Below, piece after piece: positions 55,469-64,000 of a DNA stretch of 64,000 nt. Position 1 is the stretch's first letter. Each line of letters opens with the position of its first letter. Under the pieces are notes generated by a model. The model was not told the origin of the DNA. It searched no databases and saw only the letters and a program-made list of their open reading frames with translations. Source of the DNA: Oceanospirillales bacterium (GTDB lineage Bacteria > Pseudomonadota > Gammaproteobacteria > Xanthomonadales > SZUA-38); NCBI GenBank assembly GCA_003233095.1, contig QIKT01000183.1:8145-72144 (forward strand). Reading direction: 5' to 3'. The translations under genes were made by a program, and so were the position numbers.

Positions 55469-55970
55469 CGCCGAAGACTGTGTCCTGCAACTGCAGCAGC
55501 AGATTCAACTCACCATTGATGATGGTCAGATGCACGACCCGGTGCTGATCGGCATCCACACCGGAGGATTCTGGGTGGCCGAACGGTTGGCCTCGGGGCT
55601 GTCGCTGGCAACTCCCGGATCGGTTGATATTGGTTTTCATCGCGACGATCACCATGCGCCGATGGCCCGTGAAGATGCCCCCAGACAAGTTCAGCCGTCC
55701 GATATCCGACACGACCTGGAGGGCCGCGAAGTCATCCTGGTAGACGACGTCCTTCACACAGGACGCACCATTCGCGCCGCCATCAATCTGTTGTTTGAAT
55801 ATGGCAGACCAGACTGTGTCCGACTGGCCGTACTGATGAGTCGAGCGGGCCGTCAACTGCCCATCGCACCAGACTGGTGCGCGGTCACCCTGGATGAGTC
55901 ATTCACAGACCGAATCAAGCTCAGCGGCCCTGAGCCGATGAGCTGGCAGAGTCACTCTCATGTCGCCTAG
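55455..55970 (+). CDS. pyrR: Bifunctional pyrimidine operon regulator / uracil phosphoribosyltransferase
   Basis: From ATG 55455. PRTase motif [17 protein letters not shown]. Confidence 0.85.
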   Translation: MKLPDAEDCVLQLQQQIQLTIDDGQMHDPVLIGIHTGGFWVAERLASGLSLATPGSVDIGFHRDDHHAPMAREDAPRQVQPSDIRHDLEGREVILVDDVLHTGRTIRAAINLLFEYGRPDCVRLAVLMSRAGRQLPIAPDWCAVTLDESFTDRIKLSGPEPMSWQSHSHVA

Positions 55971-56910
55971 ACAGAGCCCTTCCGATACAGGTCGACTCGC
56001 ACACTTCATCACCATTGATGGACTCAAGCGCGACACGCTGGTTCGCATCCTGGACACCGCCGACACCTTCCAGACTGCGTCTGACCGACAAGTCCGCAAG
56101 TTTCCGACTCTGCGTGGCAAGACCATCGTCAACCTTTTCTTCGAGAACAGTACCCGTACGCTGACCACCTTCGAGCTGGCTGCCACCCGATTATCTGCGG
56201 ACGTGGTCAACCTGAAACTGGACCATTCCAGCACCCAAAAAGGTGAGACGCTGCTGGACACCCTGCGGACCCTTGAGGCAATGCACTGCGATCTGTTCAT
56301 TGTTCGCCACAGCGATAGCGGCGCGGCGCATTTTATTGCCAGTCATGTCGGTGACGAAGTCTCGGTACTCAATGCCGGAGACGGACAGCATGCCCACCCC
56401 ACTCAGGCAATGCTGGACTGCTATACGATTCGCCGCCATCGACCTGACCTGGAAAACCTCAGAGTTCTGATCGTCGGAGATATCCTGCACTCGCGCGTCG
56501 CGCGATCCCAGATCATGGCTCTGAACACACTGGGCGTGCGCAGCCTCAGCGTGCTGGCGCCGCCCACCCTGCTGCCCAGTGCGATTCATGCTCTGGGCGT
56601 TGATGTGGCTGACAATCTGGACGAGGCCGTAGTCGACAAGGATGTGATTATCATGCTTCGGGTCCAATATGAACGCATGCGAGAGGTTCATGTCCCTGGA
56701 CCTGAAGAGTATCGCCGGCAATATGGTCTGACCGAAGAGCGACTGGCTCGCGCCAACCCGGGCTGTCTGGTCATGCATCCTGGCCCGATCAATCGCCAGG
56801 TGGAGATCGATTCAAGTGTGGCTGATGGCCCGCAGTCGGTCATTCTGGAACAAGTCGGCAATGGGGTCGCCATTCGCATGGCGATCCTGTCCATGATGCT
56901 GAGCTCATGA
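55960..56910 (+). CDS. pyrB: Aspartate carbamoyltransferase catalytic subunit
   Basis: 316 aa. [12 protein letters not shown] and HPGP motifs. Confidence 0.9.
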   Translation: MSPRQSPSDTGRLAHFITIDGLKRDTLVRILDTADTFQTASDRQVRKFPTLRGKTIVNLFFENSTRTLTTFELAATRLSADVVNLKLDHSSTQKGETLLDTLRTLEAMHCDLFIVRHSDSGAAHFIASHVGDEVSVLNAGDGQHAHPTQAMLDCYTIRRHRPDLENLRVLIVGDILHSRVARSQIMALNTLGVRSLSVLAPPTLLPSAIHALGVDVADNLDEAVVDKDVIIMLRVQYERMREVHVPGPEEYRRQYGLTEERLARANPGCLVMHPGPINRQVEIDSSVADGPQSVILEQVGNGVAIRMAILSMMLSS

Positions 56911-58160
56911 TGAACAACACTCACCTGATCAATATCCAGATGCCCTGGTCAACGTCGACGCAAGAGGTCCTGGCACTTGACTCAAAAGGGACGGTCATCG
57001 ACCAGCCGCGCGCCGACTCAGACACTATTGACGGCAAGGGGCTGACGCTATTGCCTGGCATGATCGACCTTTCTGAATGGCTTGGTCACAGCGATTACCG
57101 CCCGCAAGGCTATCCAGACGAGGAATTGGCCGCTGCAGTACGATGTGGGTTCAGCCGAGTATGCGTCGCACCAGATTCAGCGCACCTCAGCATGCAGACC
57201 CAAGATCGCGATCATTCAGAACAGGCCATGCCCCATCTGATTCAGGTCGGCGAAATGACGGCGGACCTTGCCTCGCAGACGCTGGCCGACTACAACCTGA
57301 TGGCCCAGAACGGGCTGTCTCACCTGGGCAACGGCGCCTGCAATCCTGACGATCAGCGTCTGATGCTGTCGGCATTCAAGGTCGCCCAGGCAAACGGCAT
57401 GACCATGCACTGCATGGCACAGGACAATGACCTGTCCGCCGACGGCTGCGCCCATGATGGCCGGCTGGCAGCTCGCCTCGGACTCAGGCCCATCCCGGTG
57501 GTAGCCGAGACGCTGGAGTTGGCGCGAATCATTGCCCTGGTCGAACAAACAGGCTGTTCGGTGCACCTTCGTGAACTGACCTCCGCAGCAGGCCTCAGGC
57601 TGGTAGAGCAGGCGAAACGCTCAGGGCTGCCGATCACTGCCGATACCACCATGGTGCATCTGTTTCTGTCTGAACAGAATTTGTCCGGATTCAACGCCAG
57701 CTGCCACGTGCTGCCGCCCTTGCGATCGACCGAAGATCGTGATGCTCTGATCGATGGGCTCAAAAGCGGTCTGATTGATGCCATCAGCAGCGGCCATCAA
57801 CCACTCAATCGGGACGCCAAGCTGGCCCCATTCCCGTCCACCGAACCGGGCATGTCAACCATCGATGTCTTTCTGGCACTCGGGTTGCGCCTGGTTCACG
57901 ACGAACACATCGAGCTCGCGCGTCTGGTCGAGCTAACGGTCACCCAACCGGCACATATCCTCAAACTGGATCAGGTCGGACTCAGTGACGGATGTCAGGG
58001 CGATTTCATGCTGATCGACCCGTACCAGGAATGGCAATACAGCGGCGAGGCAGGCCACAGCGGATCACCACACAGTGGTTTTGAGGGCTGGCGCTTCACA
58101 GGGCGAATCAAGGCAACATGGATCAACGGTCAACCGGTATATCAGGCCGATTCAGACTAA
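56907..58160 (+). CDS. pyrC': Dihydroorotase-like, probably non-catalytic ATCase partner
   Basis: 417-aa amidohydrolase fold. The N-terminal HxH metal motif is replaced ([10 protein letters not shown]) and the SDHAP-type motif reads SSGHQP. ATGA overlap with pyrB. Confidence 0.75.
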   Translation: MMNNTHLINIQMPWSTSTQEVLALDSKGTVIDQPRADSDTIDGKGLTLLPGMIDLSEWLGHSDYRPQGYPDEELAAAVRCGFSRVCVAPDSAHLSMQTQDRDHSEQAMPHLIQVGEMTADLASQTLADYNLMAQNGLSHLGNGACNPDDQRLMLSAFKVAQANGMTMHCMAQDNDLSADGCAHDGRLAARLGLRPIPVVAETLELARIIALVEQTGCSVHLRELTSAAGLRLVEQAKRSGLPITADTTMVHLFLSEQNLSGFNASCHVLPPLRSTEDRDALIDGLKSGLIDAISSGHQPLNRDAKLAPFPSTEPGMSTIDVFLALGLRLVHDEHIELARLVELTVTQPAHILKLDQVGLSDGCQGDFMLIDPYQEWQYSGEAGHSGSPHSGFEGWRFTGRIKATWINGQPVYQADSD

Positions 58161-58202
58161 CAACGATCCTTCCGTAGCGCCATGACTCGTAGTCACGCTG
58201 TT

Positions 58203-58380
58203 CCAGGGAGCCTCTGAACAAGTCGTGATCGACTGTCTTGAGCATGAAATACGCCCGCTCGGCGTTGCATGAGCTGAGCCATAGCACCGCTATTTAACGA
58301 ACAAGATCGGGGCATTTGGCCACACTCGGGTTTTGTGCAGTAGATCACCTCAAGTCCGACAGGCTGTTAGAGGTCCCTGG
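58203..58380 (+). repeat. Hybrid repeat: B left arm, shared core, A right arm, B right terminus
   Basis: 58203-58288 matches the B3 left arm through GAGCCATAGCACC. 58289-58366 matches the A3 right arm, ending AAGTCCGACAGGCTG. 58367-58380 (TTAGAGGTCCCTGG) resembles the B right end. Confidence 0.8.
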
Positions 58381-58387
58381 TATCGGA

Positions 58388-59527
58388 TCACAACATGCCG
58401 TTGTCTTCGTCCGAATCAACCAGTCCGATGTCGCTCATTCCCTGAGACAGAGCATTGGCATCGCCGCCCTGGCTGAGCTTGATTCTGAGACGAACTTCGT
58501 TGGCCGAATCGGCGTGACGCAACGCATCTTCGTAGGATATTTCGCCGGCCTGATACAGTTCGAACAGGGCCTGATCGAAGGTCTTCATGCCCTGATTGAC
58601 CGATTCCTTCATCAGATCCTTCATCATGTGAATCTCACCCTTGCGGATCAGTTCAGACATCAATGGCGTATTGAGCAGAATTTCGACGGCGGCTCGGCGA
58701 CCTTTGCCATCGGGCGTGGGGATCAGCTGCTGCGCTACCACGCCGCGCAGGTTCAGCGACAAATCCATCAGCAACTGGGATCGACGGTCCTCGGGAAAAA
58801 AGTGGATGATTCGATCCATGGCCTGGTTAGCGTTGTTGGCGTGCAGCGTCGCCAGACACAGGTGACCGGTTTCGGAGAAAGAGATCGCGTGTTCCATCGT
58901 CTCACGGGTTCGAATCTCACCGATCATGATCACGTCTGGCGCTTGTCGCAGCGTGTTTCTCAGAGCAACCTCGAACGATTCAGTGTCCAGGCCGACTTCC
59001 CGCTGGGTGATGATGCAGGACTCGTGCTTGTGGACGAATTCAATCGGGTCCTCAATGGTAATGATGTGACCGGTTGAATTCAGATTGCGGTATCCAATCA
59101 GCGCCGCCAGCGACGTCGATTTACCCGTACCGGTGGCACCCACAAAAATAATGATACCCCGCTTGGTCATGGACAGGCTCTTCAGGATCGGCGGCAAATT
59201 GAGGCTCTCGACCGAGGGTATTTTGCCCTCAATCCGACGCAAGACCATCCCGACGTGATTGCGCTGATAAAAGGCACTGACACGAAATCGGCCGATGCCC
59301 TTGACGCCGATGGCGAAGTTGCATTCGTGGTGGCGTTCGAACTCCTCACGCTGACTGGGCGTCATGATACCAAGCACCAGATCCCGCGATTCCCCGGGCG
59401 TCAGAGGATTCTGCGCAATGGGTTGGATCCGACCATGCACCTTCATGGCCACCGGCATCCCGACCGTGACAAACAGGTCGGAGGCTTTCTTGTGAGCCAT
59501 CAATTTAAGAAATGAGTTGAATTCCAT
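58388..59527 (-). CDS. pilU: Type IV pilus retraction ATPase PilU
   Basis: 379 aa. Walker A GATGTGKST. PilT/PilU family, with a PilU-type N-terminus MEFNSFLKLMAHKKASDLF. Confidence 0.9.
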   Translation of the reverse strand: MEFNSFLKLMAHKKASDLFVTVGMPVAMKVHGRIQPIAQNPLTPGESRDLVLGIMTPSQREEFERHHECNFAIGVKGIGRFRVSAFYQRNHVGMVLRRIEGKIPSVESLNLPPILKSLSMTKRGIIIFVGATGTGKSTSLAALIGYRNLNSTGHIITIEDPIEFVHKHESCIITQREVGLDTESFEVALRNTLRQAPDVIMIGEIRTRETMEHAISFSETGHLCLATLHANNANQAMDRIIHFFPEDRRSQLLMDLSLNLRGVVAQQLIPTPDGKGRRAAVEILLNTPLMSELIRKGEIHMMKDLMKESVNQGMKTFDQALFELYQAGEISYEDALRHADSANEVRLRIKLSQGGDANALSQGMSDIGLVDSDEDNGML

Positions 59528-59536
59528 GATCCTGTC

Positions 59537-60574
59537 CTATGCAAACAAGCGTTTGTCGACTGCTCTGGAGGCGGCGACTTTGCGCGTCACAATCCCGCTG
59601 TTCACCAGATCCAGCAAACACTGATCCAGCGTCTGCATACCAAAGTTCTGTCCAGTCTGGATCGACGAATACATCTGGGCGATCTTGTCTTCCCGAATCA
59701 AGTTTCTGACCGCAGGGACGCCGACCATGATTTCATGTGCCGCCACTCGGCCACCACCGGTCCGCTTGAGCAGCATTTGGGCAATGACGGCACGCAGCGA
59801 TTCAGACAGCATGGACCGAACCATTGGTTTCTCTCCTGCTGGGAACACGTCGATGATCCGGTCGATCGTTTTCGCCGCCGAGCTAGTGTGCAGCGTGCCG
59901 AAAACCAGGTGACCGGTCTCCGCAGCAGTCAGCGCCAACCGGATGGTTTCCAGGTCTCGCAGTTCGCCCACTAGAATATAATCTGGATCTTCCCGCAGTG
60001 CCGATCGCAGCGCCTCGGTAAATCCGTGGGTATCACGATGCACTTCGCGCTGGTTAACCAGACATTTGTTGGAGGTGTGAACAAATTCTATCGGATCCTC
60101 CATGGTCAGAATGTGACCGTGTTCTGTCTTGTTGATATGGTCGACCATCGCCGCAAGTGTAGTGGACTTGCCCGATCCAGTCGGCCCAGTCACCAGAATC
60201 AGACCGCGCACTACATCGATGATCTCGCGGAATACCGGTGGACACTTCAGATCTTCCAGTGACAGGATTTCCGAGGGGATGGTTCTGAAGACCCCGCCAG
60301 AGCCACGGTTGTGGTTGAAGGCATTGACTCGAAAGCGTGCCAGCCCGGGAATCTCGAATGAGAAATCCACTTCCAGAAACTCTTCGTAATCCTTTCGCTG
60401 CTTGTCACTCATGATGTCGTAGATCAACGCATGCAGCGTTTTCTGATCCAGCGCTGGCACGTTGATCCGACGAATGTCGCCGTCGACACGGATCATCGGT
60501 GGCAGACCAGCGGACAAGTGCAAATCCGATGCGTTGTTCTTGACCGAAAACGCGAGTAGTTCAGCGATATCCAT
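59537..60574 (-). CDS. pilT: Type IV pilus retraction ATPase PilT
   Basis: From ATG 60574 (MDIAELLAFSVKNNASDLHLSAG...). Walker A GPTGSGKST. The track ORF carries a 30-codon TTG-initiated extension. Confidence 0.9.
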   Translation of the reverse strand: MDIAELLAFSVKNNASDLHLSAGLPPMIRVDGDIRRINVPALDQKTLHALIYDIMSDKQRKDYEEFLEVDFSFEIPGLARFRVNAFNHNRGSGGVFRTIPSEILSLEDLKCPPVFREIIDVVRGLILVTGPTGSGKSTTLAAMVDHINKTEHGHILTMEDPIEFVHTSNKCLVNQREVHRDTHGFTEALRSALREDPDYILVGELRDLETIRLALTAAETGHLVFGTLHTSSAAKTIDRIIDVFPAGEKPMVRSMLSESLRAVIAQMLLKRTGGGRVAAHEIMVGVPAVRNLIREDKIAQMYSSIQTGQNFGMQTLDQCLLDLVNSGIVTRKVAASRAVDKRLFA

Positions 60575-60716
60575 ACGGGTTCCCCTGGAGGATTGGGTTG
60601 TCTGGCTGGGCCACCTGGGCCTGTTAGATTGCAGCCACCAGGCCTGCGCCATATCCCGGTGCAAAGCGGCCGCTTGCGTTACAATACGTCATGCGAATCA
60701 GCGATGCAAAAAATCC

Positions 60717-61424
60717 ATGAGCATAGAAGCTGCCCAGTCCTCCGATCCGATTGTGCAACGTTACCAGCGACTTGCAGCACGCATTGAATTGGCTATTGAG
60801 GACACCGGTTGCGCCGCTGGATCGGTTCGTCTGTTGGCGGTCAGCAAGCGACATCCGGCCGAGTCGGTGCGCAGTCTCGCCAGGCAGGGACTGACCCGCT
60901 TTGGAGAGAATTATCTGTCCGAGGCACTGGAGAAAATGACCTTGCTCGGGGAGCTGGATCTTGAGTGGCATTTCATCGGCCCGCTGCAGTCCAACAAAAC
61001 CCGCGATATCAGCACTCACTTTGATTGGGTGCAGAGTGTGGATCGCACCAAGTTGGTCACCCGTCTGAACGATCAGCGACCCACTCATTTGCCACCCTTG
61101 AATGTGCTGATGCAGGTCAATCTGGCCGGTGAAGCCCGGAAAGCGGGCGCATCACTGGACGATGTCCCGTCACTGGCCTCACAGATTTCCGACAGCGAAC
61201 GCTTGAGTCTGCGTGGTCTGATGATGATTCCGCCGCTGGTTGATGATCCTCGAGACAATCGTGCCTGGTATCGTCAGGCCCGAACATTGTTTGACCAACT
61301 GGCCAACAGTCATCCCGCCATGGACACCTTGTCAATGGGCATGAGCGGCGATCTGGAAGTCGCCATTGATGAAGGCAGCACCATGATCCGGGTTGGAACC
61401 GACCTGTTCGGCCCCAGATTATGA
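60717..61424 (+). CDS. yggS: YggS family pyridoxal-phosphate homeostasis protein
   Basis: From ATG 60717. LLAVSKRHP (the PLP lysine) and a C-terminal MGMSGDLEVAIDEGSTMIRVGTDLFG. Confidence 0.9.
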   Translation: MSIEAAQSSDPIVQRYQRLAARIELAIEDTGCAAGSVRLLAVSKRHPAESVRSLARQGLTRFGENYLSEALEKMTLLGELDLEWHFIGPLQSNKTRDISTHFDWVQSVDRTKLVTRLNDQRPTHLPPLNVLMQVNLAGEARKAGASLDDVPSLASQISDSERLSLRGLMMIPPLVDDPRDNRAWYRQARTLFDQLANSHPAMDTLSMGMSGDLEVAIDEGSTMIRVGTDLFGPRL

Positions 61425-61449
61425 TCAGACCGACAGGAAACGACACACC

Positions 61450-62001
61450 ATGAGTTATCTTCAAAACGCCGGCTTTTACCTGATCAGCGTGCTATTCGGG
61501 ATCGTGGTCGTCCTGTTCCTGCTCAGAGTGATCATGCAGCTGGGACGAGTGAATTACTATAACCCTGTCGCCCAGATGATTTTGAAGCTGACCAACCCCA
61601 TACTGATGCCCATCAGCAAGATCATTCCGCGATGGGGGCGGTTGGACCTCTCTGCCCTGATGATTGCCTGGCTGGTCAACACTCTGAAATATTTTCTGAT
61701 CACGCCAATTCAGGCGCCTGCAATTCTCGCCATTGGCCTGGTCACGCTGCTTGATATGGCCATTCTGATACTGATGGTGGCGCTGTTCATTCAGGTCATT
61801 TTCAGCTGGATATCGCCCCGGCAACAACACCCCGTTCAAGTGGTTGCCCAGCAACTCTGCCAGCCGATCATTGCACCGCTTCAGCGCATCATCCCATCAT
61901 TCGGTGGCCTGGATTTTTCGGTCCTCGCCGCCATGCTCGCCCTTCAGCTGGCTCGGATGCTGATTGTTGCTCCATTGCTGGATACCGCCGTCAGACTCTG
62001 A
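61450..62001 (+). CDS. yggT: YggT family membrane protein
   Basis: From ATG 61450. Duplicated YggT membrane repeats. Confidence 0.85.
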   Translation: MSYLQNAGFYLISVLFGIVVVLFLLRVIMQLGRVNYYNPVAQMILKLTNPILMPISKIIPRWGRLDLSALMIAWLVNTLKYFLITPIQAPAILAIGLVTLLDMAILILMVALFIQVIFSWISPRQQHPVQVVAQQLCQPIIAPLQRIIPSFGGLDFSVLAAMLALQLARMLIVAPLLDTAVRL

Positions 62002-62129
62002 GCTGACTGAGGATTCAGGCCCTGCGTCCGGTCTTCTTCAACGCGACCCTCTTGCTGGCGAGCCTCCTGCGGTCTGGTGGTATAGACTGAACATGAAACA
62101 GCGGATGAGGACAGCCGACATGAAACAAC

Positions 62130-62563
62130 TGAATACCGCCCTACTGATACTCTGTATGTTGTGGCTCCTGCCAGTCCAGGCCGAGCAGTCTGTGCGAAGT
62201 GGAGAGTACGAAATTCATTACAACGCCATCACCACCAACCAGTTGACTGCCATGGTCGCCAGCCACTACGGGATCAGTCGATCCAGTACCCAGGCGATGT
62301 TGAATGTGACCGTGCTGAAAAAAGCATCAGACGACGACCTTGGCACCGCCGTGAGCGCAGAGGTGGCCGTGACCTCACGTAATCTGACCGGTCAGATGCA
62401 GGCAATTGACATGCGCAAGATCGAAGAGCAGGACGCCATCTACTACATCGGACTGAAGAAGGTGCGCAACCTCGAGACCCTTCATTACCAGATCACGGTC
62501 ACCGCCGATGAGATGAACGAACCAATCACTATCAAGTACACGACTCAGTTTTATACCGATTGA
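62130..62563 (+). CDS. DUF4426 domain protein, secreted
   Basis: Signal peptide MKQLNTALLILCMLWLLPVQA, then SGEYEIHYNAITTNQL...MLNVTVLKK, which is typical of DUF4426. ATG 62103 is an alternative start. Confidence 0.75.
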
Positions 62564-63196
62564 CGGCGAGATGAGATGATCTGCCCCTGATCATCCAGTG
62601 GTGGATAGTCCAGGCCTCGCTGCTGATAATGCCGACTGGCTCGCGGATGCAACCATTCGAACAGCGTGCTGCGATATCGCTTAGCGTCCAGCCGCGAGCT
62701 CTCGTACAAGCCTGCCGACAGTCGCTGGCGTGGGCCTCGAACAGAATCAGTGCACAGGCCACCGAGACATTCAGGGACTCGACCATCCCCTGCATGGGAA
62801 TGGTAATACCCTGATCCGCCTCAGCCCATCGCGCTCATTACCCGGTATCAGTGCCGTTGGCCGGCAGTAATCCACCTGCCTGAAATCGATACTGCCCTTG
62901 CCGACATCGGCTGCCAGAACCTGCACGCCGGACTGGCGAAGATAAGCAATCCCATCGGAGAGACTCCGATGACACTGAATGCCGACCCATTTGTGTGCGC
63001 CACGAGCGGTGTGACTGATCAGCGGCATCCCATCGATATTAGCAACCGCATGTGCCTCGAAAACACCCACCGCATCACAGCTGCGAATCACGGCTGAAAG
63101 ATTGTGTGATTTGTGGAAGCATTCCATCATCACCGTTAGATCCGGTTATCTGAGTGACAATTTCTCGCAGATCAGGGCGTGGCGTTCTGGTGTCAT
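62551..63196 (-). pseudogene. trmH: tRNA (Gm18) 2'-O-methyltransferase TrmH, inactivated (1 nonsense, 2 frameshifts)
   Basis: Three frames reconstruct a full-length TrmH-like protein: MTPERHALICEKLSLR*PDLTVMMECFHKSHNLSAVIRSCDAVGV ... PGNERDG/(fs)/AEADQGITIPMQGMVESLNVSVACALILFEA/(fs)/RQRLSAGLYE...DYPPLDDQGQII. TAA at 63146-63148; frameshifts near 62826 and 62730. Confidence 0.8.
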
Positions 63197-63211
63197 TGCA
63201 GGCTCTCCAAT

Positions 63212-64000
63212 TCAGCCTCTGTTACTGGGGGCTGTCTGAGTGATTTGTCTGATCAGAACCTTCAGGCCATCCGTCGGGCGCAGCCATGGGGTCTGCCAGC
63301 CTTGCTGGTGAGCGTGTCGCTGATGCAATTGTTCAAGGGCAGCCTCGCCAGCCTCACGGCTCGGATAGACACCTTGACTCAATCCGAACAGCGTCCGGTC
63401 GGCGGCCATGAAACGAAACCGGATCAACTCACCAGCCAAATCATGGATTTGAATGTAATCCTGCAAACGCTGCGCCGAGCTCATGACCGTCAGCTGCAGC
63501 GTAAATGACGCCGGTTTGGTGCTCATCAGTCTCCGCTCTCCGACGCCGAAGACATCGAGCGAGTCTTCGGGCATCAATACCATCGGGTCGGTGAGCGCTG
63601 CTGAATCATTGACTACAGACTCTGCAACGGCACTGTTTGCACGGGCTTTTTCAGCGATTGGCTGAGAGAGAGGCGCTGGTTCAAGCGCTTCTGGACTGTC
63701 CTGTATCACGATCGCAGAATCATTCTGACCACTCAGACCAGCCAGTAACTGGCGCGCTTGCAGATGACCTTTGTCTGCCGCCAGCGAGAACCAATCCAAG
63801 GCCTGCTCGCGACTCTGCGGCACACCACGGCCATAGGCATACTGAACCCCCAGGTTATAAGCTGCTTTCGGCAGACCCTGCTCGGCGGCCTTGCGCCACC
63901 AATGAACCGCCTGCTGATCGTCCTGCCAGACACCCAAACCTCGCTGGTATGCATTGCCCAGATTGTACTGGGCATCAGCGTGGCCCAGATCTGCTGCTCG
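63212..64000 (-). CDS. Sel1-repeat protein with C-terminal SPOR domain (5' end beyond the window)
   Basis: The reading frame is open to the window edge. Sel1 repeats (AQYNLGNAYQRGLGV, AAYNLGVQYAYGRGV), a linker, then a SPOR-like C-terminus (FTLQLTVMSSAQRLQDYIQ...GVYPSREAGEAALEQL). Confidence 0.75.
   Translation of the reverse strand, partial: RAADLGHADAQYNLGNAYQRGLGVWQDDQQAVHWWRKAAEQGLPKAAYNLGVQYAYGRGVPQSREQALDWFSLAADKGHLQARQLLAGLSGQNDSAIVIQDSPEALEPAPLSQPIAEKARANSAVAESVVNDSAALTDPMVLMPEDSLDVFGVGERRLMSTKPASFTLQLTVMSSAQRLQDYIQIHDLAGELIRFRFMAADRTLFGLSQGVYPSREAGEAALEQLHQRHAHQQGWQTPWLRPTDGLKVLIRQITQTAPSNRG

Noticed and set aside
60575-60664. N-terminal extensions of track ORFs (pilT; also the M2 peptidase at 9528, GMC at 12776, MBL at 21201, the symporter at 20966, LysR at 24236, gshB at 52405, yggS at 60462, gspG at 37169, and others)
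   Set aside because: The track takes the longest ORF and includes TTG/GTG starts. Family-typical N-termini, signal peptides or lipoboxes, and Shine-Dalgarno sequences support the internal starts used in the feature table.
62551-63196. Reading the trmH frame changes as programmed frameshifting or as sequencing error
   Set aside because: I saw no slippery heptamer or stimulatory structure at either site. An additional in-frame TAA is also present. Three independent lesions fit pseudogenisation better, although homopolymer errors still need to be excluded from reads.
1-64000. Search by eye for tRNA/rRNA genes, CRISPR arrays, integrases, transposases, phage modules, toxin-antitoxin pairs or known defence genes
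   Set aside because: I recognised none in any frame. The window reads as core chromosome punctuated by non-autonomous repeats, so I do not claim a novel defence or mobile island.

Overview
64-kb chromosomal segment of a Gammaproteobacterium; it looks moderately GC-rich by eye, but composition was not computed. I call about 60 protein-coding genes. I recognised no rRNA, tRNA, CRISPR, integrase, transposase or phage genes.

Left part (1-29 kb), housekeeping and envelope genes:
- TetR plus fadE
- a tightly coupled RND / MFP / Tlc-like MFS / small beta-barrel operon
- an ACE-like M2 peptidase
- a GMC oxidoreductase
- divergent TlpA-like and cupredoxin lipoprotein genes
- LemA plus an M48 peptidase
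- an MBL hydrolase and a DAACS symporter
- YceI-cytochrome b561-YceI with a LysR regulator
- MscS, a TPR protein and a DPP3-like peptidase

Middle (29.4-37.1 kb): a truncated CSLREA-domain gene, then a gspGHIJKLMN type II secretion operon. Its 3' end is translationally coupled to two inositol-monophosphatase-fold genes, one of them cysQ.

Right part (37-64 kb): bioA-rsmE, then a block colinear (from memory) with the Pseudomonas aeruginosa twitching-motility region: chpCBA-pilKJIHG, gshB, tonB3-like, yqgE/algH, ruvX, pyrR-pyrB-pyrC', pilU-pilT, yggS, yggT. After that come DUF4426, a decayed trmH, and a Sel1/SPOR gene that runs off the window.

The most unusual non-genic signal is two related families of ~160-bp palindromic repeats. 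Family A has termini CAGCCTGTCGGACTT...; family B has termini CCAGGGAGCCTCTGAACAAGTC.... They share a 13-nt hairpin tip and occur as 8 copies or fragments at 6 loci. One locus is a B nested in an A between gspG and gspH, which leaves gspH without a canonical start codon. Another is a B/A recombinant.

Also notable: perfect hexanucleotide arrays inside chpA encoding (EV)14(EA)10, (ET)5 and (KS)4, and a trmH with three independent lesions.

I did not find a convincing novel multi-gene defence- or toxin-type system. Candidates for undescribed biology are ranked in the findings. All homology statements come from reading the translations by eye, not from database searches.
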